From Microcystis aeruginosa NIES-2549 (lineage in GTDB: Bacteria; Cyanobacteriota; Cyanobacteriia; Cyanobacteriales; Microcystaceae): a stretch of 32,000 nt of DNA. The notes beneath the pieces were generated by a model, which made no database searches, was not told where the DNA came from, and saw only the letters and a list, made by a program, of their open reading frames with translations. A program made the translations under genes and the position numbers. The DNA is taken from NCBI RefSeq assembly GCF_000981785.2, contig NZ_CP011304.1, forward strand, positions 2,730,001-2,762,000, read 5' to 3'. Positions 10,127-19,450 of the stretch are shown here, piece after piece (the first letter of the stretch is position 1; each line of letters opens with the position of its first letter).

Positions 10127-11494
10127 ATGGAAGTTATTTGTACGCGTCCCCACTGTCCGAGACCGCGTAATCAATGCCCAGACCTAGACGATAGCAATCG
10201 CTTAACCTCGATCGAGCAGAAATATTGTACTGCTTGCGGGATGCCATTAATTTTAGGGGGACGTTATTTGCCGGAACGTCTATTGGGAAAAGGAGGATTT
10301 GGGGCGGCATTTTTAGCAGTAGATCGTTATAGTCCCACAAGAGCTAGATGTGTAATCAAACAATTTCAACCTTCCGGTAATTTAAGTCCGCAAGCTTTAG
10401 AAAAAGCGAAAAACTTATTTTTTCAAGAAGCGCGGGTTTTAGAAGATTTAGGAAGAAAACATCGCCAAATCCCTGATCTCTATGCTTTTTTCCCTTTAAC
10501 AGTCAAGAATCAATTAACGGGAGAAGAAGAGCAATTTTTCTATCTGGCCCAGGAATATATCGACGGTAAAAACCTAGAAGAAATTCTCCAACAGCAACAA
10601 AAACCCTTTCAAGAAAGTGAAGTTAAAAACCTTCTCCAAGAATTACTTCTTATCCTCAAATTTATCCATGAAAATGGTTCCATTCACCGGGATATAAAAC
10701 CATCTAACATCATGCGCGACCAAAATGGTCGCCTCTATTTGCTCGATTTTGGGGCAGTAAAACAGGCTACCAATAATCCCAATAATACACAAGAGAAATC
10801 CACAACAATTTATTCAGCCGGATTTGCTCCTCCCGAACAACAATTAGGCAATCAGGTATCGGCAGCCACGGATTTATATGCCCTAGCAGCTACCTGTGTT
10901 ATGCTCTTAACTAATCGCGATCCTGACGAGCTATACGATCCGCGAAAACAGGTCTGGAATTGGCAAAATTATGTCTCGAACATCAGTGCAGATTTAGCAC
11001 GAGTATTCAATAAAATGTTACTGGCAAATCCGCTGGATCGATTTCAATCCTGTGAAGAAGTTTTAACCGCTTTAAATACACCTCCCCCATCTCCTCCACC
11101 TTCTCCAATTCCTCCACCTCCTCCAGCTTCTCCAGTGATTAGAAAAACTTCCCGCTTTTCTCTTGGGGAAACTTTCGCTAATGCTGCCTTTACAGGATTT
11201 GAGGGGACATTATTAGTAGTTGCCTTAAATAGTTTAGTCCCCTCGGCAGGAATTGTCATCGCCTTTATGATCTTAGGTGGCTTAGTTTTGGCATTATTTA
11301 AAAAAGTGATTGAAGGAAAAGATCTACCAATTATCGCAGCAATTACCCTCACCCTCCTCTTCTTTCTTTCGCGACTGCAAGGAAGCCTAAATTTTCCTGA
11401 AATTGCTATCATTGCCGTGATGGCAGCCATCGGAGCAATTGCTATTACCGCCTTTTTCCGGTTAATATATCAGATAATTTTGCGATTATTTTAA
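10127..11494 (+). CDS. Ser/Thr protein kinase with N-terminal 4-Cys zinc-ribbon prefix, poly-proline linker and C-terminal multi-TM anchor
   Basis: N-terminal C-x4-C ... C-x2-C (CTRPHCPRP...YCTACGMPL). Kinase motifs are GKGGFGAAF, VIKQF, IHRDIKPSNIM, DFG and APPEQ. The linker is PPPSPPPSPIPPPPPASP, followed by about 4 hydrophobic helices. I chose the ATG at 10127 (MEVICTRPHC) over the upstream TTG at 10079. Confidence 0.9.
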   Translation: MEVICTRPHCPRPRNQCPDLDDSNRLTSIEQKYCTACGMPLILGGRYLPERLLGKGGFGAAFLAVDRYSPTRARCVIKQFQPSGNLSPQALEKAKNLFFQEARVLEDLGRKHRQIPDLYAFFPLTVKNQLTGEEEQFFYLAQEYIDGKNLEEILQQQQKPFQESEVKNLLQELLLILKFIHENGSIHRDIKPSNIMRDQNGRLYLLDFGAVKQATNNPNNTQEKSTTIYSAGFAPPEQQLGNQVSAATDLYALAATCVMLLTNRDPDELYDPRKQVWNWQNYVSNISADLARVFNKMLLANPLDRFQSCEEVLTALNTPPPSPPPSPIPPPPPASPVIRKTSRFSLGETFANAAFTGFEGTLLVVALNSLVPSAGIVIAFMILGGLVLALFKKVIEGKDLPIIAAITLTLLFFLSRLQGSLNFPEIAIIAVMAAIGAIAITAFFRLIYQIILRLF

Positions 11495-12925
11495 AACCCT
11501 AAAAGTTGCAAAATTATCATCACTACCGCCAGTAATCGTGCCACCGAGGTCTAAAATAGTTTGCAGATAGTCGAGGATTTCCTGAGAAATTAACTCTCCC
11601 GGCATCAAAACGGGAATACCGGGGGGATAGGGACAGATAACATCGGCACTAAGACGATCGAGGGCATTTTTCCGGGATACTATCTCTGTAGGGGCAAAAA
11701 AAGCCTTTCTAGGAGAAATAGCCGAATTTGCCGTGACTGGAGGAGGAGTGGGGGGTAAACTGGTAGAGCAAGGGGATTGAAGGCATTGAAAAGCAGTAAT
11801 TAGGCGATTAATGTGTTCGCGATGATTGCCGATGGAGATAATAAAAGTAAGTTGGCTTAAAGTCGGTAATTCCGCCGTGACAGCGTATTTTTCTCGCAAA
11901 ATATCGTCTATTTCGTAACCAGTTAAGCCAAAATCTTTGACGATTACCGTTAAACGAGTGCGATCGAACCAGTGACAACCCGGGATAGAATGGGGAAAGT
12001 CTAAAACAGAGATATTAGGGATTTTATCGAGTTCTTTTCGGGCAGTAGCGGCTAAATCGAGGGTTTTGGTTAGTAAATCTAGGCCTTGCGTCGCCATTTG
12101 CTTTCTAGCACTATCAAGGGAGGCGAGAAGCAAATAACTAGGGCTAGTGGTCTGAACTAATTGTAAGGCTCGATCGACTTTTTCGGAACTAATGCGATCG
12201 CCTTTTAAGTGTAACATCGATGCTTGAGTTAAGGCCCCTAAAACCTTATGGGTGGACTGAATAGCCATATCGGCGCCGAGAGAGAGGGCAGCCGGAGGTA
12301 AATCGGGATGAAAGGCAAAATGGGCCCCGTGAGCCTCATCAACGAGCAGCGGGATGGAATAATGATCGGTAATCTGGGCGATAGTTTCTAAGTCACAGCA
12401 AACCCCTTGATAGGTGGGAGAGACTACCATCACCGCTTTGGCATCGGGATGGAGTTTCAGGGCATTTGCGAGGGATTGGGGGGTTATATTTAAATTTAGA
12501 TCGATAGTGGGATTATATTCGGGATTGATAAAGATAGGTTGCGCCCCGGAGAGAATTAAGCCCGAAATTGCCGATTTATGAATATTTCTCGCCAAAATAA
12601 TTTTATCTCCCTCGTCGCAAGTGGCTAAAATCGCCGCAATAATGCCACAACTGGAACCATTGACCAAAAACCAGCTTTTATCTGCCCCAAATGTCTCGGC
12701 TGCTAAAATTTGCGCTTCTTTAATCACTCCCGTCGGGGCAAACAAATTATCAAGGTCGGGTAATTCGGGTAAATCGGCTTTAAAGACGTTTTTTCCCAGT
12801 AAATTACTTAAATCTTCCCCGATTCCTTCCCCCTGCTTATGCCCTGGAGCATAAAATGGTACATCTAAACTATTGACTTTTCTTTGCAGTTGTGCTAATA
12901 ACGGAGCGGATTCTGACGAAGGCAT
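11486..12925 (-). CDS. PLP-dependent Orn/Lys/Arg decarboxylase family protein
   Basis: STHKVLGALTQASMLH contains the PLP-lysine motif of the OKR_DC_1 major domain, and LVDEAHGAHF lies upstream of it. The 479-aa length fits. Its stop overlaps the convergent kinase stop by 9 nt. Confidence 0.85.
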   Translation of the reverse strand: MPSSESAPLLAQLQRKVNSLDVPFYAPGHKQGEGIGEDLSNLLGKNVFKADLPELPDLDNLFAPTGVIKEAQILAAETFGADKSWFLVNGSSCGIIAAILATCDEGDKIILARNIHKSAISGLILSGAQPIFINPEYNPTIDLNLNITPQSLANALKLHPDAKAVMVVSPTYQGVCCDLETIAQITDHYSIPLLVDEAHGAHFAFHPDLPPAALSLGADMAIQSTHKVLGALTQASMLHLKGDRISSEKVDRALQLVQTTSPSYLLLASLDSARKQMATQGLDLLTKTLDLAATARKELDKIPNISVLDFPHSIPGCHWFDRTRLTVIVKDFGLTGYEIDDILREKYAVTAELPTLSQLTFIISIGNHREHINRLITAFQCLQSPCSTSLPPTPPPVTANSAISPRKAFFAPTEIVSRKNALDRLSADVICPYPPGIPVLMPGELISQEILDYLQTILDLGGTITGGSDDNFATFRVLK

Positions 12926-13029
12926 TGTGGGAAGGGATTGGGAATTAGGAATTATGAATTATCAAGTGGGAAGAATAAATAAAAGCTGACTCCTGACTCC
13001 CCAAAAGGAAAACTTCGTAGCTCACCATT

Positions 13030-13283
13030 AAGATAACTGCTCTAACATCTCTAGGGACATTTAAGGCTTTTTGGTCCCTATGTCCACAGCAACAGTCAGA
13101 CTTTTGGCTTTGTTGGTTGCCATTGAGAAATTAAGCGAGAATACCGACCATATTAAGCGGATTTCGCCGATAGCATATCTCTGGAAGAACGCCATCCTAA
13201 GTCTGATATAGCACGGGATAGCTTACGGTTTTAACCATTCCCGATGTGTTGAAATCTTCTAGAACTATCGTAGTGAAAAAGCC
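13030..13283 (-). pseudogene. Decayed IS200/IS605-family TnpB (OrfB) fragment, C-terminal RuvC/zinc-finger region only
   Basis: Minus-strand translation gives TIVLEDFNTSGMVKNRKLSRAISDLGWRSSRDMLSAKSA*YGRYSRLISQWQPTKPKV*. After a -1 shift it reads SQKSDCCCGHRDQKALNV. This matches the conserved TnpB block (IVIEDLNvkGMvKNhkLAkaISDagW..F...L.YKA..yG......d.w.PSSqtCs.CGh). It has an in-frame stop, a frameshift, and no N-terminal two thirds. Confidence 0.6.
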
Positions 13284-13285
13284 AA

Positions 13286-13867
13286 TTAGGCAAGGGATTC
13301 TCCCACTTCTAAGAGGGGACAAAAGGGAAAATAGGGAGAAACCGTCCAACGATAGAATTTTTTGCTGCTGGTGGACTGGAGATTAAAACGCAGGGAAACA
13401 AAGGGGAAAAAGGGAGATACGGAACAATTCCAACTGAAAGCCGGCTTAGAAGTGGTATTATCGCCCTGCAAAGACCAAGCGGGGCATTGAAAAACCTCCA
13501 GGACGAGGGATTTTCCTTCATCGGTAACTTGAGCGCAGCTGCGACTAATGCCCGAAACCAAACAGAGACTATTACCGATACAATTGTCATTAGAAGCCAC
13601 AATCAGGAGATTTTCCCCGGTGGTGGTTAGTTCAAAAGCGATAAAATCTCCAGCTTGCCAACGACTAAGGACTTGTCCCTGGGCATTCTGGTAGATAGCG
13701 CTGCAGTTTTCGGGATCGAGAAGACGATTACTATCGGGGTCTAAGTAACCGCAAACCTTGCCCATCAGACGAGTTCCATCCTGAAACCCATACACCCAAT
13801 CAAAGGTATTGATGTTAGCGGCCTTTTGATTGTTTTTGTTAACCAATAGTAATCGATCGCTGACCAC
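13286..13867 (-). CDS. Hypothetical protein (GTG start); the C-terminal 60 aa are suspect
   Basis: An open 193-codon frame with no recognisable family. The last roughly 180 nt encode a low-complexity duplicated motif (VSPFFPFVSL / VSPYFPFCPL) derived from an imperfect DNA direct repeat. The ORF ends 3 nt from the TnpB relic. Confidence 0.4.
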   Translation of the reverse strand: MVSDRLLLVNKNNQKAANINTFDWVYGFQDGTRLMGKVCGYLDPDSNRLLDPENCSAIYQNAQGQVLSRWQAGDFIAFELTTTGENLLIVASNDNCIGNSLCLVSGISRSCAQVTDEGKSLVLEVFQCPAWSLQGDNTTSKPAFSWNCSVSPFFPFVSLRFNLQSTSSKKFYRWTVSPYFPFCPLLEVGESLA

Positions 13868-13982
13868 GGTTATTAATTCTCAATAAAACTAAGCTTCTCT
13901 TGATAACAAAGGTATCACTAAATACTAATTTGCCAAGGAAAAGATTTATTAATCTTAACTTGTCGGCCCCGGGGGAGAGTGA

Positions 13983-15330
<1,348 letters not shown>

Positions 15331-15348
15331 GTTTTTTTCTACTCAGGG

Positions 15349-15385
15349 ATAGAACAGGCTTTTTGTCTGTTCTATTTGGCTTTTT
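15349..15385 (+). terminator. Rho-independent terminator of pyrH-frr
   Basis: Perfect 9-bp stem atagaacag / ctgttctat (15349-15357 and 15367-15375) with a T-rich loop. The run ttggcttttt follows. Confidence 0.6.
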
Positions 15386-15672
15386 ATCTCTATTTAAAAG
15401 GTATAGAGGAGTGGGAAGGTTTGGGGATGAAGTCTTTCAGTATCGTGGGCATCTCAGGTTATCGAAAATTCGGGTTTAAAACCCCCTAGTTTTATGATGG
15501 GGTAATGTGCTTTTGCTTACACTGATTTTTGATTTTTGGGAGTCATATAAGACAAGACAGTAATTCCTGGTAAAGGTCATCGAGCAAAGAATTTATAGAT
15601 TAGTAAGAAAGAGTCCATTTTTCTCTAAAAATAGGAAAAACTCATCTTGCTTAAAAAAATATTCGGGAAATT

Positions 15673-15969
15673 ATGAAAATGAAACGCTATCAACTTCTTC
15701 AAGAAAAACGAGAGAATATTATAAAAATTGCTCGAAAACATGGAGCATTTAATATTCTAATATTTGGATCAGTTGCCAGAGGAGAAGACGGTAATGACAG
15801 TGATATTGACTTTTTAGTAGAAATGGAACAAGGGCGCAACTTATTAGATAGAATTGGTTTAATTCAAGACTTAGAAGATTATTTAGGCTGTAAGGTTGAT
15901 GTGGCTACTATTAACAGTTTACGAGATTGTTTTCGGGAAAGAATCATGAAAGAGGTGATTCCTTTATGA
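15673..15969 (+). CDS. mntA: MntA-type nucleotidyltransferase antitoxin (NTP_transf_2 fold)
   Basis: GSVARGEDGNDSDIDFLVE is the G[ST]-x9-13-DxD minimal nucleotidyltransferase motif. The 98-aa length fits, and an ATGA overlap links it to a downstream DUF86/HepT-like reading frame. Confidence 0.85.
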   Translation: MKMKRYQLLQEKRENIIKIARKHGAFNILIFGSVARGEDGNDSDIDFLVEMEQGRNLLDRIGLIQDLEDYLGCKVDVATINSLRDCFRERIMKEVIPL

Positions 15970-16094
15970 ATGATGACTTAATTTATTTAGGTGATATTTT
16001 AGACAGAATTGAACGAATCGAATCTTATACACAGGAGGGAAAAGACAGATTCTATCAATCTTTATTAATTCAATCATCAAATTATTGCCAATGA
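15966..16094 (+). pseudogene. hepT: Truncated HepT (DUF86/HEPN) toxin gene, only about the first 36 codons retained
   Basis: MNDDLIYLGDILDRIERIESYTQEGKDRFYQSLLIQ matches DUF86 N-termini (yL.dIl..i..Ie.y......F....l.q.Av). The frame then diverges (SSNYCQ*) and stops at 42 aa. The C-terminal Rx4HxY catalytic motif is absent. Confidence 0.7.
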
Positions 16095-16118
16095 AAAGAA
16101 TTACAATTAGTTGACAAC

Positions 16119-16898
16119 ATGGAGGTTAAACAAGTGAATCAAATTATTTGTATCGGCGATTGCATTGCAGGAAAAACACATCTTTGTCTAGAAATTCTTA
16201 ATCCTGATGGTCATTATATCAAAGTTGTAGAACCCGATTATAAATTCATGAAATCTTTTATACTTGACGATAGAGGAATTACAATAGCCGGAACAAGAAA
16301 CGGAGGAAAATGCGGGTTTTCTGAAACATATATGGAGTTTAAGGCTTATTTAACAGCTGGTCTTCAAACAATTGACTTAGATATAATTGATACATTAGGA
16401 GAAATTTGGCGAAAATCTTGGCAAGATGTTCATGATGAGATGTGGCAAGAAACATTAAATAAAATTCAGACAGCAGATGCGGTTTTAGTTATTTTAGAAC
16501 CTTATCGAGAGATTATTAATCCTGAAAAAGACAATCTAGATCATTTTATTACTCGTCAACAATGGATCAAAAGATTTGAAAAATGGGTTGACTTTTTGCT
16601 CAAAGAATGCTCTCAAGTTTCTCACTTATTAATCTGTTTAAATAAAGTGGATCTCTGTCCGATTAATCTCACGGAAGAAGCTAAAAAACTAGCTTATGAT
16701 CCTCATTATCAATACCTTAATTGGCAAGAAAAAGACAGTTATGTTTATCATCGTTATTTTACCCCCGTACAGTCTCAAATTCAACGACTAAATCAGCATC
16801 GAAAAAAGGCTGCACGTTTCTTTATTACTAGCATTTATCAGCGAGATTTACTAGAACTTCCGTTAATTTATATCAGTAGTTATGTAAATTTCTCTTAA
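16119..16898 (+). CDS. Orphan Ras-like/TRAFAC P-loop GTPase with a roughly 80-aa C-terminal extension
   Basis: G1 is GDCIAGKT (GxxxxGKT), G3 is DIIDTLGE (DxxG), G4 is LNKVD (NKxD), and a possible G5 is ITSI. The gene is very AT-rich (hand count 17/60 G+C for line 16201-16260). An alternative start at GTG 16134 is preceded by ggagg. Confidence 0.7.
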   Translation: MEVKQVNQIICIGDCIAGKTHLCLEILNPDGHYIKVVEPDYKFMKSFILDDRGITIAGTRNGGKCGFSETYMEFKAYLTAGLQTIDLDIIDTLGEIWRKSWQDVHDEMWQETLNKIQTADAVLVILEPYREIINPEKDNLDHFITRQQWIKRFEKWVDFLLKECSQVSHLLICLNKVDLCPINLTEEAKKLAYDPHYQYLNWQEKDSYVYHRYFTPVQSQIQRLNQHRKKAARFFITSIYQRDLLELPLIYISSYVNFS

Positions 16899-17055
16899 TT
16901 ATTTCAAGACAACTTTATTATACAATGCTATAGGCGATCGCTTTGATTTAATTCCTCAAATATAGCGTTATTGGTTGTGTACGGGTAAAATGCTATGATC
17001 AGGAAAGAAAATTTTCATCAATGACAAGTATTATTTATTAGATTGCAGGGTGTAA

Positions 17056-17913
17056 CTATCTAATATTTTTTTTATTTTCTTCAAGATAATTAAACCAGTT
17101 AATTAAATCAGATTGAGAGGTAAAATCTAATAAAGCTTCTCCTAAATCTTCTAATTGTTCTAAAGATAATTCTTGAATTTTGTTGACCCAATCAGTTGAA
17201 ATATTACCAACTCGGCGATTAATTTGTTTAAGAATTAGATTGGCTTCGCCTTTTTTAAAGCCTAAAATCTCACCTTCTGTGATTCCTTTAGCGAGAATTT
17301 CTTGATAAATAACCGATTCCTTCATAATTTCCTCCTTGAGTAATCTTTTAATGATAGATTGATTTAAAACTAACCCTGCAATAATACCAGTTGAGGCAGC
17401 AATGTTATTTCTCTCTATGTTATCAGAAATTTTTTCAATTTGACGAGCTACTTGTTGTAATACTTTTTCTGGATTATCAGTTTGAGACAACACCGCAAAC
17501 GGAAGTAAACCTGATACATCTAGAAAAGTTTCACTGGGAACTTCCCAGAGTCTAACTACATTATAACGATGTTGTAGTTCTAATAACTCAAAGGTATTAA
17601 TTTTGACAGCAGCAGATTGATTTTTTCTCAGATAAATAACCACTTGATAAACTCTTTTTCGAGGAAACCGACGATAAATCCTCAGACGATAATCAGCCAT
17701 TCTAAAAGGAATATCTTCTTTCGGATCTGTCTGAAATTCGATGTGAAGAATTAAGTCTTCTGATTGTAAAAAAATCAAACTATCTACTCTAATTGGATCT
17801 AGCAGTAACTCAGTCGGTTCCAACTCGGTTAATGTAATCGGTTCTCCGATTAACCAAGTGGCTATATCCCTTGAAAAAAGTGACGCTAAGATTCGACAAA
17901 CATTATCATACAT
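17056..17913 (-). CDS. Rpn-family recombination-promoting nuclease / putative transposase (PD-(D/E)XK, YhgA-like) with DUF4351-type C-terminus
   Basis: The PD-(D/E)XK core is RVDSLIFL...LILHIEFQT (D ... E-x-Q), followed by YRLRIYRRF...VYQVVIYL. The C-terminal helical tail (LILKQINRRVGNIS...IQELSLEQLEDLGEALLDF) is the DUF4351 pattern common in cyanobacteria. Confidence 0.8.
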   Translation of the reverse strand: MYDNVCRILASLFSRDIATWLIGEPITLTELEPTELLLDPIRVDSLIFLQSEDLILHIEFQTDPKEDIPFRMADYRLRIYRRFPRKRVYQVVIYLRKNQSAAVKINTFELLELQHRYNVVRLWEVPSETFLDVSGLLPFAVLSQTDNPEKVLQQVARQIEKISDNIERNNIAASTGIIAGLVLNQSIIKRLLKEEIMKESVIYQEILAKGITEGEILGFKKGEANLILKQINRRVGNISTDWVNKIQELSLEQLEDLGEALLDFTSQSDLINWFNYLEENKKNIR

Positions 17914-18074
17914 TCTTTCATCATATCATAAATTAGTCTCATTGTAGAATTTGCCATCTCAATTGTTAAGCAACAATCGACCAAATAAGTCGAGTTTGTA
18001 ACTATTCTAATTGCTAGTATCCCTTAAAATTCTTATAGGCAAGTGTATCACAAAATTGGCCAATTGCCAATAGC

Positions 18075-18112
18075 GTTTGACATCCTCTGCACCCAGGGTG
18101 AGGATGTCAAAC
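18075..18112. promoter_or_regulatory. Perfect 13-bp inverted repeat in the Rpn/cbiD divergent intergenic region
   Basis: gtttgacatcctc (18075-18087), a 12-nt loop, then gaggatgtcaaac (18100-18112). Each arm contains TTGACA. A TATAAT lies at about 18147-18152, 40 nt before the cbiD ATG. Function is unknown. Confidence 0.3.
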
Positions 18113-18191
18113 AATCATCAAAAATAGCAGAGGTTGCCCCTTAGTTATATAATGAGATCACGGCTAATTTGATTGGCTATCGATCCTATTC

Positions 18192-19304
18192 ATGTCTATC
18201 TCCCCACCCCGTTCCGGTTACACTTTACCAGTTTTTGCCTGTGCCAGTGCGATCGCATCTCTCCAGCATCTCCACGGCGAAAATGAGCTAAATTCCGTTA
18301 CTTTTAATCTTTTAGAACCGCCAGAAGCCGTTACAATTGCCATCGAACAAGTTGCCCGACTCAACCCCGATGCTGCCCTAGCCATCACCCGCAGCGATCC
18401 GGGGGACAATTTAGATTTAACTAGAAATACCCCTATATGGGCGTTAGTAGAAATAAAGACGGGTAATCAAGAGATAGAGATTCAAGGCGGCGAAGGAATC
18501 GGCCTACAGATTGATAATGGTGGAAAATCAGCTATTTATAGTTATGCCCAGCGTCTGCTGCAAGAAAACCTCAGACCCCTGTTACTGCCCCAAGAAAGCA
18601 TCAAAGTGACGATTATCCTGCCGGAAGGCAAAAAACTGGCCACAAGGACTTCTAACGCCGCTTTTGGGGTGGTAGAGGGATTATCTTTGTTGGGTACCAC
18701 TGGCATTTCCCAACCCCTGAGCGCTCCCGGACAGTTGGAAATCTTTCGCGAGCAATTAAAAATTTTATCCCGTCGTTTCGATCGCTTGGTGTTTTGTATC
18801 GGGGAAAATGGCTTAGATTTAGCCACTCAAATGGGCATTAATCCTGATATTTTGGTAAAAACAGCCAATTGGATCGGGCCGATGTTATTAGAGGCACAAT
18901 TACAGGGAATCTCTGAAATTCTTTTGTTTGGTTATCACGGTAAATTAATTAAACTTGCCGGGGGAATCTTTCAGACTCACCATCATCTGGCCGATGGTCG
19001 TCGGGAAATTCTCACCGCCTACGCCGCTAAAATGGGTTTAGCTACCCCCCATCTCCGGCAAATTTTTGACAGTAGCACCAGCGAAAACGGTCTGGAATAT
19101 CTGCGTCAATTAGACCAGCAAACGGGCGATAATTGGGTGGAACGCATCTATGGAGAAATGGCTAATACTATTGATCGCCGTTGCCAAGAATACGTTTATA
19201 ACCACAGTAACGGTCATCTTGGGGTCGGTTGTATTTTATTTGATCGCTCTCGTTCTTTGATCAGCAAAAGCGAAAATGGCCTTAAATTTTTGCAAAATCT
19301 ATAA
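18192..19304 (+). CDS. cbiD: Cobalt-precorrin-5B (C1)-methyltransferase
   Basis: The N-terminal GYTLPVFACASAIA matches the CbiD GYTTGtcAaAAakAA block. GVVEGLSLLGTTGISQP matches the conserved GI.GG.SilGTTGIv.P block. The 370-aa size fits. Confidence 0.85.
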   Translation: MSISPPRSGYTLPVFACASAIASLQHLHGENELNSVTFNLLEPPEAVTIAIEQVARLNPDAALAITRSDPGDNLDLTRNTPIWALVEIKTGNQEIEIQGGEGIGLQIDNGGKSAIYSYAQRLLQENLRPLLLPQESIKVTIILPEGKKLATRTSNAAFGVVEGLSLLGTTGISQPLSAPGQLEIFREQLKILSRRFDRLVFCIGENGLDLATQMGINPDILVKTANWIGPMLLEAQLQGISEILLFGYHGKLIKLAGGIFQTHHHLADGRREILTAYAAKMGLATPHLRQIFDSSTSENGLEYLRQLDQQTGDNWVERIYGEMANTIDRRCQEYVYNHSNGHLGVGCILFDRSRSLISKSENGLKFLQNL

Positions 19305-19450
19305 GTTACTCCCCAGTGACCGTGCTATGATCGTGGGAATATTTAGTTTTAAAAAATGAAACTAATAAGGCTAGACTATTATAGCTTATTTTCAGAACAA
19401 TAGCCGATTTAGGTTACAAATCTTTAACCTTTTCCTGCCAGTTTCTTTTT

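Noticed and set aside
11044-11430. 128-aa minus-strand ORF containing GGGGGIGEGGGDGGG
   Set aside because: It is the antisense image of the kinase poly-proline linker and TM region, a compositional artefact.
17914-18191. Cobalamin riboswitch upstream of cbiD
   Set aside because: I could not recognise a B12-box or the conserved riboswitch core by eye. It is left as untested, and cmscan would decide.
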